From Candidatus Methanomethylophilaceae archaeon (lineage in GTDB: Archaea; Thermoplasmatota; Thermoplasmata; Methanomassiliicoccales; Methanomethylophilaceae), in contig JAQUUA010000001.1 of assembly GCA_028694055.1 (NCBI GenBank), positions 1-47,072 of the forward strand: DNA of 47,072 nt, in the 5' to 3' direction. Numbering within the stretch: position 1 is the first letter of the stretch; each line of letters begins with the position of its first letter. Made by a program: the position numbers and the translations under genes. Positions 27,603 to 35,763 of this stretch are shown piece after piece. The notes beneath the pieces were generated by a model. It searched no databases. It saw only the letters and a program-made list of their open reading frames with translations, and had not been told where the DNA came from.

Positions 27603-27617
27603 CAAAGAATCTATTCG

Positions 27618-27629
27618 ATATATTTATAA
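27618..27629 (-). promoter_or_regulatory. TATA-box upstream of the NifH-NifD-like fusion gene
   Basis: The minus strand reads TTATAAATATAT, centred 22-28 nt upstream of the candidate start codons (27602/27596). This is consistent with a leaderless or short-leader mRNA. Confidence 0.45.
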
Positions 27630-27669
27630 CCAACGAAATAAGAAACGGATGCTCCAATGGAGAAAGATA

Positions 27670-27743
27670 TGGGGCCGGGAGGGAGAATCGAACTCCCGTC
27701 TGCGGATCTGCAGTCCGCCACATGGCCGCTATGTTATCCCGGC
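27670..27743 (-). tRNA. tRNA-Cys (anticodon GCA), CCA encoded
   Basis: Hand-folded cloverleaf from the reverse complement: acceptor GCCGGGA/TCCCGGC, D stem ACAT/ATGT, anticodon stem GCGGA/TCCGC with loop CTGCAGA, 4-nt variable loop, T arm GGGAG-TTCGATT-CTCCC, then C-CCA. Confidence 0.85.
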
Positions 27744-27858
27744 TTCAATGCGGCAATCCTCGAAAGGATATTTCATACTTTCTATGCCCTCTATTACTCT
27801 GGACACTCATTGACATCTCAAAAAACAATAATACCTGGAACCTGTTGCCGTAACCTGG

Positions 27859-28707
27859 ATGTTGCCCATTCATTGCAAGGATCTATCCGTGAGAGAAGTT
27901 TCTCACCCCCTCACACCAGAAGGCATAGCACAAGGCATGGCGAGCAAGAAAGCCTATGTGCGCTCCGATTTCCTGGTACTCAAGAATGGGGAGGACTATG
28001 CGGTCCTGAAGATAGAAAAATCCGGTGGCAAGGAACTCTTCCAGTCGATCTTGGGCTATGATGTGATCTCGTACCCCGAGGACACCATCTTCATTCAGGA
28101 TCCAAGCATGGACATCCTGAATCCCTCCGCTCTGCTACGGCTTTCCATGCAGCATCCCGGTAAGACCTTGGTGGTGGAGGGCGTCTTCTCGCATGTTAAT
28201 TTCGTACATGGGCTGGAACCTCTGCACTTACGGGTCCTAGATAACATCCCCCCTGCGCCTTCTAAGTTATCCTGCTTGGTTCGACAGTCCATGGACTCCG
28301 GTTTCCTAGACCTCCCCATCCTGCCCCAGGTTGTGGACATAGACATGCAAGAGAAACTGGAGGAAGTCAACACCGAGGCCGTTATGTTCCCCTGCAAGGT
28401 ATCTGGCCTCAAAGCAGATAAACCAGTCTACTTCTTGGATCAGGCACCACAGCTGACGCATGATGTCACTCTCATCGGCTGCCATCTGTCACAACGGATT
28501 TTCGAGTCCCTTTACCGTAAAAAGGTGCCCTTCGTCAACGTCTGCCCCGCCGATTTCATTCCTGATGATGATGTGCCCACCATCATCAAATGCTGCAAGA
28601 TCAAGAACGGGCACCAGATCGATGGTAATGTGGCAAAGGTCCCTTGGGGGGCCACTGTGCCAGAGGTCACCCGGGCCATAGAGGCTTTGTTCTCAAGGTC
28701 GGAATAG
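27859..28707 (+). CDS. Hypothetical protein (282 aa) with a cysteine-rich C-terminal half
   Basis: Long ORF with coding-like composition, and an A/T-rich box (AAAAAACAATAATA) about 30 nt upstream. I recognise no family. Cys contexts: IGCHLSQ, VNVCPADF, IIKCCKIKNGH. An alternative start exists at ATG 27937. Confidence 0.5.
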   Translation: MLPIHCKDLSVREVSHPLTPEGIAQGMASKKAYVRSDFLVLKNGEDYAVLKIEKSGGKELFQSILGYDVISYPEDTIFIQDPSMDILNPSALLRLSMQHPGKTLVVEGVFSHVNFVHGLEPLHLRVLDNIPPAPSKLSCLVRQSMDSGFLDLPILPQVVDIDMQEKLEEVNTEAVMFPCKVSGLKADKPVYFLDQAPQLTHDVTLIGCHLSQRIFESLYRKKVPFVNVCPADFIPDDDVPTIIKCCKIKNGHQIDGNVAKVPWGATVPEVTRAIEALFSRSE

Positions 28708-29124
28708 GCTCCGACCATGACGGAATGCCTCGTAACCCTCTTCCTGTTCACCGGCTTTACATAGCGCTTCGCCCAAAGCGTACCAGGCATCCACATCTTC
28801 GGGATTATCGGCAACATGCTTCCGAAGATGGCTGATGGATTCCTGCAACAAACCCCTTGATGCCAGCTCACGACCGGCGACCGCCCCCCTCTTCTCCTCC
28901 CATAAGACACGGCGCATCTCTTTACAGGCATTCTCCATGATAATGGAAAGGGCGTTGTTGCTCAACCAGGGATAACGGGACTGCAGTTGCTCCCCGAAGC
29001 GGACCACCTCTTCCGGTATCAATTCCACATCCGGACCATGGAACAAGGACCTAGGTACGTTCAGGGTCAATTTACCATGATGGACTATGATGTGTCCAAT
29101 AGGTGCCTTTCGATTCTGCTGCAT
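28693..29124 (-). CDS. Hypothetical protein with a C-terminal TPR-like repeat
   Basis: 143 aa. DAWYALGEALCKAGEQEEGYEAF resembles a TPR motif. It lies 3 nt downstream of the usp-like gene on the same strand. Confidence 0.45.
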   Translation of the reverse strand: MQQNRKAPIGHIIVHHGKLTLNVPRSLFHGPDVELIPEEVVRFGEQLQSRYPWLSNNALSIIMENACKEMRRVLWEEKRGAVAGRELASRGLLQESISHLRKHVADNPEDVDAWYALGEALCKAGEQEEGYEAFRHGRSLFRP

Positions 29125-29127
29125 ACC

Positions 29128-29550
29128 TCAGGGAACCAGGATCACCGGCTTCTTGGTGTGACGGAGTACGTGGTCTGCCACGCTTCCAAGGAGCATCTCC
29201 GCTATGCGTCTTTCATTAACCCCTTTGTAGCCCATCACTATGGCCTCATATTTAGAGGACATTTCCAGAATGACCTTCTCGGGATCGCCGATCTGCACGG
29301 AAACTGTGTAATCAAGCTTCCTGGATTGTAGAATCTCAATGGCTGGATTCAGACGTTTGCCGGTGATGCCGCTACCTGGGTCCTTGATGTCCTCTCCCAT
29401 AGCCACGGCCTCCTCCTTCTTCACCACATGCAACAGGGCGATCCTGCCTCTCAAGCAGGATGCCATGCTGGCCAGATACTCGGCGGCTCGATAAGAATTC
29501 TCCGACCCGTCAGTGCATAACAGGAACATCTTGTCTTCATCCATGGTCAT
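29128..29550 (-). CDS. Universal stress protein (UspA) family
   Basis: MFLLCTDGSENSYRAAEY, ALLHVV, and the C-terminal ATP-binding-type motif IVMGYKGVN...LLGSVADHVLRHTKKPVILVP. Confidence 0.8.
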   Translation of the reverse strand: MTMDEDKMFLLCTDGSENSYRAAEYLASMASCLRGRIALLHVVKKEEAVAMGEDIKDPGSGITGKRLNPAIEILQSRKLDYTVSVQIGDPEKVILEMSSKYEAIVMGYKGVNERRIAEMLLGSVADHVLRHTKKPVILVP

Positions 29551-29657
29551 CCTTGCATCACCGAATCCAAAGCCTATAGGCCATTGGAGCAGATAAACAT
29601 AATGCCGTACCCAGAGCCTTGTGGCTAGACCACGGATAAATAGATATAATCATCTAT

Positions 29658-30833
29658 ATGTTGCCCGAGAACATGATTACGGAATGCCCTTACAACCCAC
29701 AGCCTAAGGTGGGGAAGGTCATCGTATACGATTCCACCTTGAGAGACGGGGAACAGATGCCAGGAGTGGCATTCCGTCATGAAGATAAATTAAAGATAGC
29801 CAGCATGCTCAGCGAGGCAGGTGTGCCAGAGATCGAGGCTGGATTCGCTGCCGTCTCCCAGCATGAGCTGGATACCATCAAATCCATAACGGGCCTGGGA
29901 CTGGATGCCAAGATACTCAGCCTTTCCCGCGCCCGTCAATCAGACATTGATTGTGCCTTGAAGGCCGGTGTTGACATTGTCCTACTGTTCGCAGGCACTT
30001 CAGACATCCACCTCCGCTACAAGTACGGTCACATCGTCAATCATGACGAGATACTGTCTCAGTCCGTGGATGCTGTGGAGTATGCTAAGTCACATGGGGT
30101 TAAGGTCAGCTTCAGCTGCGAGGACGGCACCCGTACGCCATTCGACTTCCTGTTAAGAATGTACAAAGCTGTCGAAGATGCAGGTGCTGACCGGCTGGGC
30201 ATAACGGACACCCTAGGCTGCATCACCCCGGAAGGAATCTCGAAACTGGTACGGGATGTGAAAGCCAAAGTCAAACGTCCAGTTTCTGTTCACCTCCATA
30301 ACGATTTCGGCCTAGCCAACGCCAATGCGTTGTCAGCAGCGATGGCAGGTGCTGATGCCATCACCACCACTGTCAATGGCATGGGAGAGAGATGCGGTAA
30401 CGTTCCCTTGGAGCAGTTCGCATCCTCCATGTTCTTCCTCTACGGAGTGGATTTGGGGATTGACCTCTCACATCTCACGGAGATATCCCGGCAAGTCTCT
30501 CAAATGGCTCGCTACCAATGCTCTGTGAACCACCCCATCACCGGTGAGAACGCTTTCTCACATGAATCGGGGATTCATGTAGCAGCGATAATGAACCACC
30601 CCTCGACCTACGAATACATCGACCCAGAGAAGGTGGGCAACCGCCGTCATCTGCGTTTGGGTAAACACTCGGGAGCCAGCTATCTAAAGAAGAGGCTTGC
30701 GGACCTGGGATATGAATGCACGCCCTCTCAACTCAACCTCATCCTGGACGACGTCAAGTCTCTGGGTGAGCAACAAGGAAGAGTGGATGACCAAGAGTTC
30801 CTGAGCATTGTCAAGAGAAACCTAAACTCATAA
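29658..30833 (+). CDS. Homocitrate/2-isopropylmalate synthase family enzyme, short form lacking the LeuA regulatory domain (AksA/NifV/CimA-like)
   Basis: YDSTLRDGEQMPGVAF, EAGF and VHLHNDFGLANANAL. The ~390 aa length implies no C-terminal regulatory domain. Confidence 0.75.
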   Translation: MLPENMITECPYNPQPKVGKVIVYDSTLRDGEQMPGVAFRHEDKLKIASMLSEAGVPEIEAGFAAVSQHELDTIKSITGLGLDAKILSLSRARQSDIDCALKAGVDIVLLFAGTSDIHLRYKYGHIVNHDEILSQSVDAVEYAKSHGVKVSFSCEDGTRTPFDFLLRMYKAVEDAGADRLGITDTLGCITPEGISKLVRDVKAKVKRPVSVHLHNDFGLANANALSAAMAGADAITTTVNGMGERCGNVPLEQFASSMFFLYGVDLGIDLSHLTEISRQVSQMARYQCSVNHPITGENAFSHESGIHVAAIMNHPSTYEYIDPEKVGNRRHLRLGKHSGASYLKKRLADLGYECTPSQLNLILDDVKSLGEQQGRVDDQEFLSIVKRNLNS

Positions 30834-31583
30834 CCTTACTCTTCTTCCAGCCACATCCCTCTTGAATTTACCGAACTCCTTCAGCTTCTCCAGGGTCGCA
30901 GAGTCGAAGACTGGACCCTCGGCACAGACCCTTTGGCCATCCACGACGCAGGAGCCGCAGAGACCGACTCCGCATTTCATGAATCTCTCCAGCGACAGTT
31001 GGCACTCCAAACCCCTCTCCATGCAGGCTTGGTGCAGATAATACAACATGACCTCTGGACCGCAAGCCGCCACCATATCGTAGCTGCCTTCGTCCAGTAC
31101 TTGGTTCATGAGCTGGACGGCATTGCCATGGAATCCAACGCTGCCGTCATCGGTGGACACCCAGACGTTTTTAGTATATTCACGGCACTCGGAGAGGAAA
31201 ACCAGTTCATCCTCCTTGCGGGCCCCGATGATGAGGTCGGCTCCGGTGCTGCGCAATAGCGGCATCATAGCGGCCATGCCCACACCACCGCCCACGATCA
31301 ATATCCTTCCATCGGGACGGAAACCACGACCGTAAGGTCCCCTGACACTGATTCGGTCGCCTTCTCCCATGGTGTGTAGGAAACGGGTGGTCTCCCCGAT
31401 GGCCTTGATGGAGATGCTTTTCTCCGGTCCGATGGTCGATAAAGACATGGGCACCTCGTCCAGACCCGGTATGCACACCATGACGAACTGACCAGGTGCG
31501 GCCTCCGCGTCCCAGTCGAAGAAGAGGGAGACCACATCCGAGGACTCACGGCGGATCCTTTTGATCATCACAGGCTCATTCAT
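30828..31583 (-). CDS. pyrK: Dihydroorotate dehydrogenase electron transfer subunit
   Basis: FAD/NAD-binding segments GQFVMVCIPG and ILIVGGGVGMAAMMPL, with a C-terminal 2Fe-2S motif CGVGLCGSCVV. It overlaps pyrD by 8 nt. Confidence 0.88.
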   Translation of the reverse strand: MNEPVMIKRIRRESSDVVSLFFDWDAEAAPGQFVMVCIPGLDEVPMSLSTIGPEKSISIKAIGETTRFLHTMGEGDRISVRGPYGRGFRPDGRILIVGGGVGMAAMMPLLRSTGADLIIGARKEDELVFLSECREYTKNVWVSTDDGSVGFHGNAVQLMNQVLDEGSYDMVAACGPEVMLYYLHQACMERGLECQLSLERFMKCGVGLCGSCVVDGQRVCAEGPVFDSATLEKLKEFGKFKRDVAGRRVRL

Positions 31584-32490
31584 GCGCCACCCCCGTCATG
31601 TCATGGATGGAGGAGTAACCATAATCACGCATGAAAGCCAGCATTCCGTCGCATATCTCTCCGAATACTTGGACGCCCTTGTGGCCTATGGCACTGCCGA
31701 CCTGAAAAGCGCTGGCCCCGGCCATTATGTATTCCACCGCATCCCTCCATGATGTGATACCACCCACTCCGATTATCGGGATGTCCAGGACGGAATAGAG
31801 ATCGAAAACCGCCCGCACCCCGACAGGTTTGACGGCTGGACCGGACAGACCCCCGAAACGGTTCCTTAGGATCGGCCTGGCGGATTCCGGGGATATGGCC
31901 ATGGCTTTCAGGGTGTTGATGGCCACCACGGCGTCCCCTCCGGCCTCCTGTACCGAATTCCCGATATCCATCAAGCGATGCGTGTTGGGCGTCAGTTTGG
32001 CGAATACCGGCACCCGGACGGAATCCTTCACCGAGGCCACGATGGCCTTCACCACTACTGGGTCGATGCCCATCTCCATCCCGTAACCGCTGGCGTGAGG
32101 GCAGCTGAGGTTCAGTTCCACCGCTGCGGCCCCCATGTCCTCCATCCTGCCGGCCAGAAGGGAGAAGTCGCCTTCGCAGGATGCGAAAATGGAGCCGATC
32201 ACAGTCACTCCCGCTCTAACTGCCACTTCCATCTCCTCTCCGAAGGCATCGATTCCAGGATTGGGGAGGCCCATGGCATTGATGTAACCATAATCCAACT
32301 CAACCAGAGTGGGATTTCCATGTCCATCCTTGGGCTCCAACCCGATGGATTTGGTAACCACAGCTCCCGCGCCACTCTCCATCATCTTGATCATGGAGTC
32401 CCCAGTCTCATCCATGATGCCAGAGGCTACCATGCTGGGGTTCTTCAGACGGAGACCGGAAACGTTCACCTTCAGGGATGTCATATTCAA
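31576..32490 (-). CDS. pyrD: Dihydroorotate dehydrogenase 1B, catalytic subunit
   Basis: LKNPSMVASG, AVVTKSIGLEPKDGHGNP, LNLSCPHA and GGLSGPAVKP. Confidence 0.9.
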   Translation of the reverse strand: MNMTSLKVNVSGLRLKNPSMVASGIMDETGDSMIKMMESGAGAVVTKSIGLEPKDGHGNPTLVELDYGYINAMGLPNPGIDAFGEEMEVAVRAGVTVIGSIFASCEGDFSLLAGRMEDMGAAAVELNLSCPHASGYGMEMGIDPVVVKAIVASVKDSVRVPVFAKLTPNTHRLMDIGNSVQEAGGDAVVAINTLKAMAISPESARPILRNRFGGLSGPAVKPVGVRAVFDLYSVLDIPIIGVGGITSWRDAVEYIMAGASAFQVGSAIGHKGVQVFGEICDGMLAFMRDYGYSSIHDMTGVAHE

Positions 32491-32516
32491 CCCCGTATGT
32501 GTGGAAGCGGATTAAA

Positions 32517-33659
32517 CTACTTTCCCTCTCGTAATCCTTTCAGGACCTGGGAGAATGAATCCAGGAAATAGTCCGCCTCGTCCATGGTGCTGAATCGGGA
32601 GAGGCTTACCCGGAGTACTGACAGGGCCTCCTCGGGTGGAATGCCCATAGCGGTGAGCACATGGGACGGTTCCACGCTCTCTGCCGTGCATGCTGATGCC
32701 GTGGAGGTGGCCAAGCCCATGTCGCTGAGCGCGAAGACCACGTCTTTACCCGAAATCCCAGGGAAACGAAGATGCACATTGTTGCATAGACGTCTTTCCC
32801 TGGGGCCGTTGAGAGCTATTCCATCCATCTGCATGGCTCCGTCTATGATGTGGTCGCGTATGGAAGTCATTCTGCGGATGTCTTCCTCTCTTCCTTCCAT
32901 GGCCAATTCCACCGCCTTGCCCATACCCACTATTCCAGGCACGTTCTCGGTAGCTGGACGGAGGTTCCCCTCCTGTCCGCCTCCATAGAAGAGGGGTTTC
33001 AACTTAACACCGTTTCGGACGTAAAGGGCGCCGATCCCTTTCGGCCCATGGAACTTGTGGCCGGAGATGGATAGCATGTCGATCCCCATCTTCTGCATAT
33101 CCAGATCCATCTTGGTGAACCCTTGCACAGCATCGGTATGGAAAAGAACGCCTTTCTCCTGGCAGATCGCAGCCAAGTATGGGACATCTTGCATGCTCCC
33201 CACCACGTTGTTGGCCGCCATAACAGATACCAGAACCGTGCGGTGGTTGATGGATCTCTCCAGCTCCTCAGGGTCGACAAAGCCTTCCCTGTCCACCGGT
33301 AGGATGTGGATGTCGAACCCTAGCTCTCGCAGCCTATCGGCAGTGGCGAGTATGGCGGAATGCTCTATGGAGGTTGTGATAATCCTATCACCCGGTTTGC
33401 CATAAGCCAGTGCCGCCCCTTGCAGAGCGATGTTGTCAGACTCCGTACCCGATGAGGTGAAATAGACCTCAGTGGGAAGGCAGTTCAGTGCCTTGGAAAT
33501 CGTTCTCCTGGAATCACGGATGGCAATGGCCGCCCCGTCTCCCAGGAAATGAAGGCTGCTGGGATTGCCGTACTGTTCCCTGAAGAATGGCATCATGGCC
33601 TCCAGGACCCGTGAGTCCATCATGGTGGTGGCACTGTTGTCAAAATAAACGGAGCGCAT
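32517..33659 (-). CDS. Cysteine desulfurase, NifS/IscS type (group I)
   Basis: VYFDNSATTMMD, PLP-lysine context SISGHKFHGPKG and catalytic Cys loop TASACTAESVEPSHVL. I chose the start at ATG 33659 (MRSVYFDNS). The 81-codon upstream extension in the track has no family similarity and crosses the divergent promoter region. Confidence 0.85.
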   Translation of the reverse strand: MRSVYFDNSATTMMDSRVLEAMMPFFREQYGNPSSLHFLGDGAAIAIRDSRRTISKALNCLPTEVYFTSSGTESDNIALQGAALAYGKPGDRIITTSIEHSAILATADRLRELGFDIHILPVDREGFVDPEELERSINHRTVLVSVMAANNVVGSMQDVPYLAAICQEKGVLFHTDAVQGFTKMDLDMQKMGIDMLSISGHKFHGPKGIGALYVRNGVKLKPLFYGGGQEGNLRPATENVPGIVGMGKAVELAMEGREEDIRRMTSIRDHIIDGAMQMDGIALNGPRERRLCNNVHLRFPGISGKDVVFALSDMGLATSTASACTAESVEPSHVLTAMGIPPEEALSVLRVSLSRFSTMDEADYFLDSFSQVLKGLREGK

Positions 33660-33743
33660 CTTAACCACTTGGAATGTATGAACGACATATAAGAAATGAT
33701 TGCGAGGGGAAACATCAAAAAGGGGGGAACGGATGCCCAAGGG

Positions 33744-34949
33744 ATGGACGTATCTCGCATCAAACAGGATTTCCCCGCACTTCGGGATGGAGACCTGGTG
33801 TACTTGGACAGCGCCTGCCAGACCTTGCGTCCGCAGTGTGTGATCGATGCGGTTACGGAGTACTACCGGGACTATCCGGCCTGCGGTGGAAGGAGCGTGC
33901 ATCGCATGGCCACCCGAGTGTCAGTGCAAATGGACCGTTCCCGTGAGGCCATGGCGGCCTTTTTGGGAGCCAAGGATGCGCAGAACATCATCTTCACCAA
34001 GAACTGCACAGAATCCATCAACCTAGTGGCCAAAGGCCTGAGTTGGATGAAGGGCGACGTGGTCATGACCACCGATTTAGAACATAACTCCAACCATGCC
34101 CCCTGGGTTGATTTAACAGAGAACATAGGCCTTAAAAGAGTGATAGTCCCCACAGGCCCAGGAGGGGTTTTCGACCTCGATGCATATCAGGACAGCTTCA
34201 GAAGCCAGGTGCGATTGGTCTCCATGGCCCACACTAGCAACGTCACCGGCACCACGATACCGATGAAGGAGGTCGTGGAGATTGCCCATGACCACGGGGC
34301 GATGGTTCTAATCGATGGTGCCCAAGCTGCTCCACATATGCCAGTTGACGTGCATAAAACAGGCGTAGATTTCTACGCCCTATCTGGACATAAGATGCTG
34401 GGGCCCTCGGCCGTAGGCGTGCTCTACGGCACGGATGAATCATTGGAATCGTTGAAACCCTTGATGCTGGGAGGAGGGACGGTGGGCAGAGCAGACTATG
34501 ACAAAGTGCATCTGGCACCGGCTCCAGAGCGGTTCGAAGCGGGGTTGGCGAACTATTCCGGCATCATCGGCACCGGTGCCGCTTTGGATTACCTTTCCAA
34601 GATCGGAATGGACAATATCAGTAAACATGAGCATCGTCTTCAGAGGGTCTTGCAGGAGAGGCTCGATGAAATCGAGGGGATCTCCCTGGTCGGTCCGGAC
34701 GACCCTGATGCCCGAAGCAGCGTCTTCTCCTTCAACCTCCCGGGACTAGGGTCCCATGATGTAGCCATGATGGTGGATGAGATGGCGGCGGTTCTCATCC
34801 GTTCAGGGATGCATTGCGCCCACCCATACTTCTATTCTCGAGGCATCAATGGGTGTGTCCGGGCCTCCACCTACATCTACAACGATGAGGATGACATGCA
34901 CAGGCTCGTGGATGCATTGCTGAAGGTCTCCAAGACCTTCTGCAATTGA
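33744..34949 (+). CDS. Cysteine desulfurase, SufS/CsdA type (group II)
   Basis: IKQDFPAL...VYLDSACQT, HTSNVTG, ALSGHKMLGPSAVG and the catalytic Cys context RSGMHCAHP. I chose the start at ATG 33744 (MDVSRIKQDFP). Confidence 0.85.
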   Translation: MDVSRIKQDFPALRDGDLVYLDSACQTLRPQCVIDAVTEYYRDYPACGGRSVHRMATRVSVQMDRSREAMAAFLGAKDAQNIIFTKNCTESINLVAKGLSWMKGDVVMTTDLEHNSNHAPWVDLTENIGLKRVIVPTGPGGVFDLDAYQDSFRSQVRLVSMAHTSNVTGTTIPMKEVVEIAHDHGAMVLIDGAQAAPHMPVDVHKTGVDFYALSGHKMLGPSAVGVLYGTDESLESLKPLMLGGGTVGRADYDKVHLAPAPERFEAGLANYSGIIGTGAALDYLSKIGMDNISKHEHRLQRVLQERLDEIEGISLVGPDDPDARSSVFSFNLPGLGSHDVAMMVDEMAAVLIRSGMHCAHPYFYSRGINGCVRASTYIYNDEDDMHRLVDALLKVSKTFCN

Positions 34950-35326
34950 AGGCTTGGCAACCCGTCCTGCATTACCACGCTCACTGCCAGGCAGTCATCG
35001 TACCCTAAGACTATACACTCATCCGTCAGTTTCACCTGACTGTACGAAACGAATTCCCGACCCTCCATAGACAGAACCAACCTGCCCCCATCCAGGACCA
35101 GGTGCCATTGCGGCGAAGGAAGTATGTCGCTGCAACGGATGTAGTAGTTAGTGCCTTCTCCTCTCTCGGAAAGCTTCTGGAATAGCTCAACGATGGCATC
35201 TGCGCTTTCAATCCCTGCTTCCTCCGTACGTTGATCCAGCATCCCCATGAACGGACCCATGACCGCCGCCATGACCAAGAGGCCACACAGTGACATCACC
35301 ACCCGGGAAAGAGTGAATTCCATCAT
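34877..35326 (-). CDS. Small N-terminally membrane-anchored protein, unknown function (third gene of a three-gene operon)
   Basis: The start ATG at 35326 overlaps the upstream stop (ATGA). N-terminus MMEFTLSRVVMSLCGLLVMAAVMGPF is followed by a soluble ~120 aa domain. The 3' end overlaps the convergent sufS-like gene by 73 nt. Confidence 0.5.
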   Translation of the reverse strand: MMEFTLSRVVMSLCGLLVMAAVMGPFMGMLDQRTEEAGIESADAIVELFQKLSERGEGTNYYIRCSDILPSPQWHLVLDGGRLVLSMEGREFVSYSQVKLTDECIVLGYDDCLAVSVVMQDGLPSLQLQKVLETFSNASTSLCMSSSSL

Positions 35327-35763
35327 CGTACGGACACCTCCACCGCTCCACCGTTGAATGCAGCCACGCTTTCCAGTATAATGGCGGTGCAGCCCTCGAT
35401 GCATAGAGGATCCTTGGATACCAGGGGTAGATTGTGCGCCTCCAGGTATCGGATTGATATGAGATTGCCATGGAAGTAGCACCGGATGCTGTAAGATTCC
35501 GTGCTTCCCTCGGGCCCACCGATCTCCAACATGCACCCTGACGGCAGGTCTACTGTCAGGCTTCGCATGGACCCCATGCCTCCATAGTGCACTGTGATGG
35601 CGGCATTGATGATCCCTTGGGCGCTCCTCTCCAAGGCCTGTTTGGCGGCCGCTGACTCCTGCTCTTGCATCACCGATAGGGCCATGGGGACGGTTAGGGA
35701 TATTACCAGCATCACCACCGTGAGACGGAGGGGCAGGTCCATGACGGCCTTCCTATTTCTCAC
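35323..35763 (-). CDS. Small N-terminally membrane-anchored protein, unknown function (second gene of the operon)
   Basis: MRNRKAVMDLPLRLTVVMLVISLTVPMAL is a charged N-terminus followed by a hydrophobic helix. It overlaps the upstream gene by 4 nt. Confidence 0.55.
   Translation of the reverse strand: MRNRKAVMDLPLRLTVVMLVISLTVPMALSVMQEQESAAAKQALERSAQGIINAAITVHYGGMGSMRSLTVDLPSGCMLEIGGPEGSTESYSIRCYFHGNLISIRYLEAHNLPLVSKDPLCIEGCTAIILESVAAFNGGAVEVSVR

Noticed and set aside
27518-28061. Three overlapping plus-strand ORFs (111, 77 and 134 aa) between the nif-like gene and the 282-aa ORF.
   Set aside because: They run across the tRNA-Cys gene and its flanks, so the tRNA explains the region. They have no coding-like features.
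29658-30833. The short homocitrate synthase-like gene acting as a NifV-type partner (homocitrate supply) for the nearby nitrogenase-like module.
   Set aside because: It is separated from the module by four unrelated genes and lies on the other strand. In methanogen-type archaea this enzyme family is explained by coenzyme B (AksA) or branched-chain amino-acid pathways. There are no nifB/E/N-type cofactor genes to support FeMo-co-like chemistry.
33660-33902. N-terminal extensions offered by the ORF track: 33660-33902 on the IscS-like gene, 33696-33743 on sufS-like, 43724-43849 on rnz, 18737-18802 on feoB, 24082-24132 on tbp, 39824-40039 on the TIM-barrel gene and 36850-36921 on the radical SAM gene.
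   Set aside because: In each case the family-conserved N-terminus begins at an internal start codon. The extension either overlaps an upstream gene or swallows a TATA-like promoter element.
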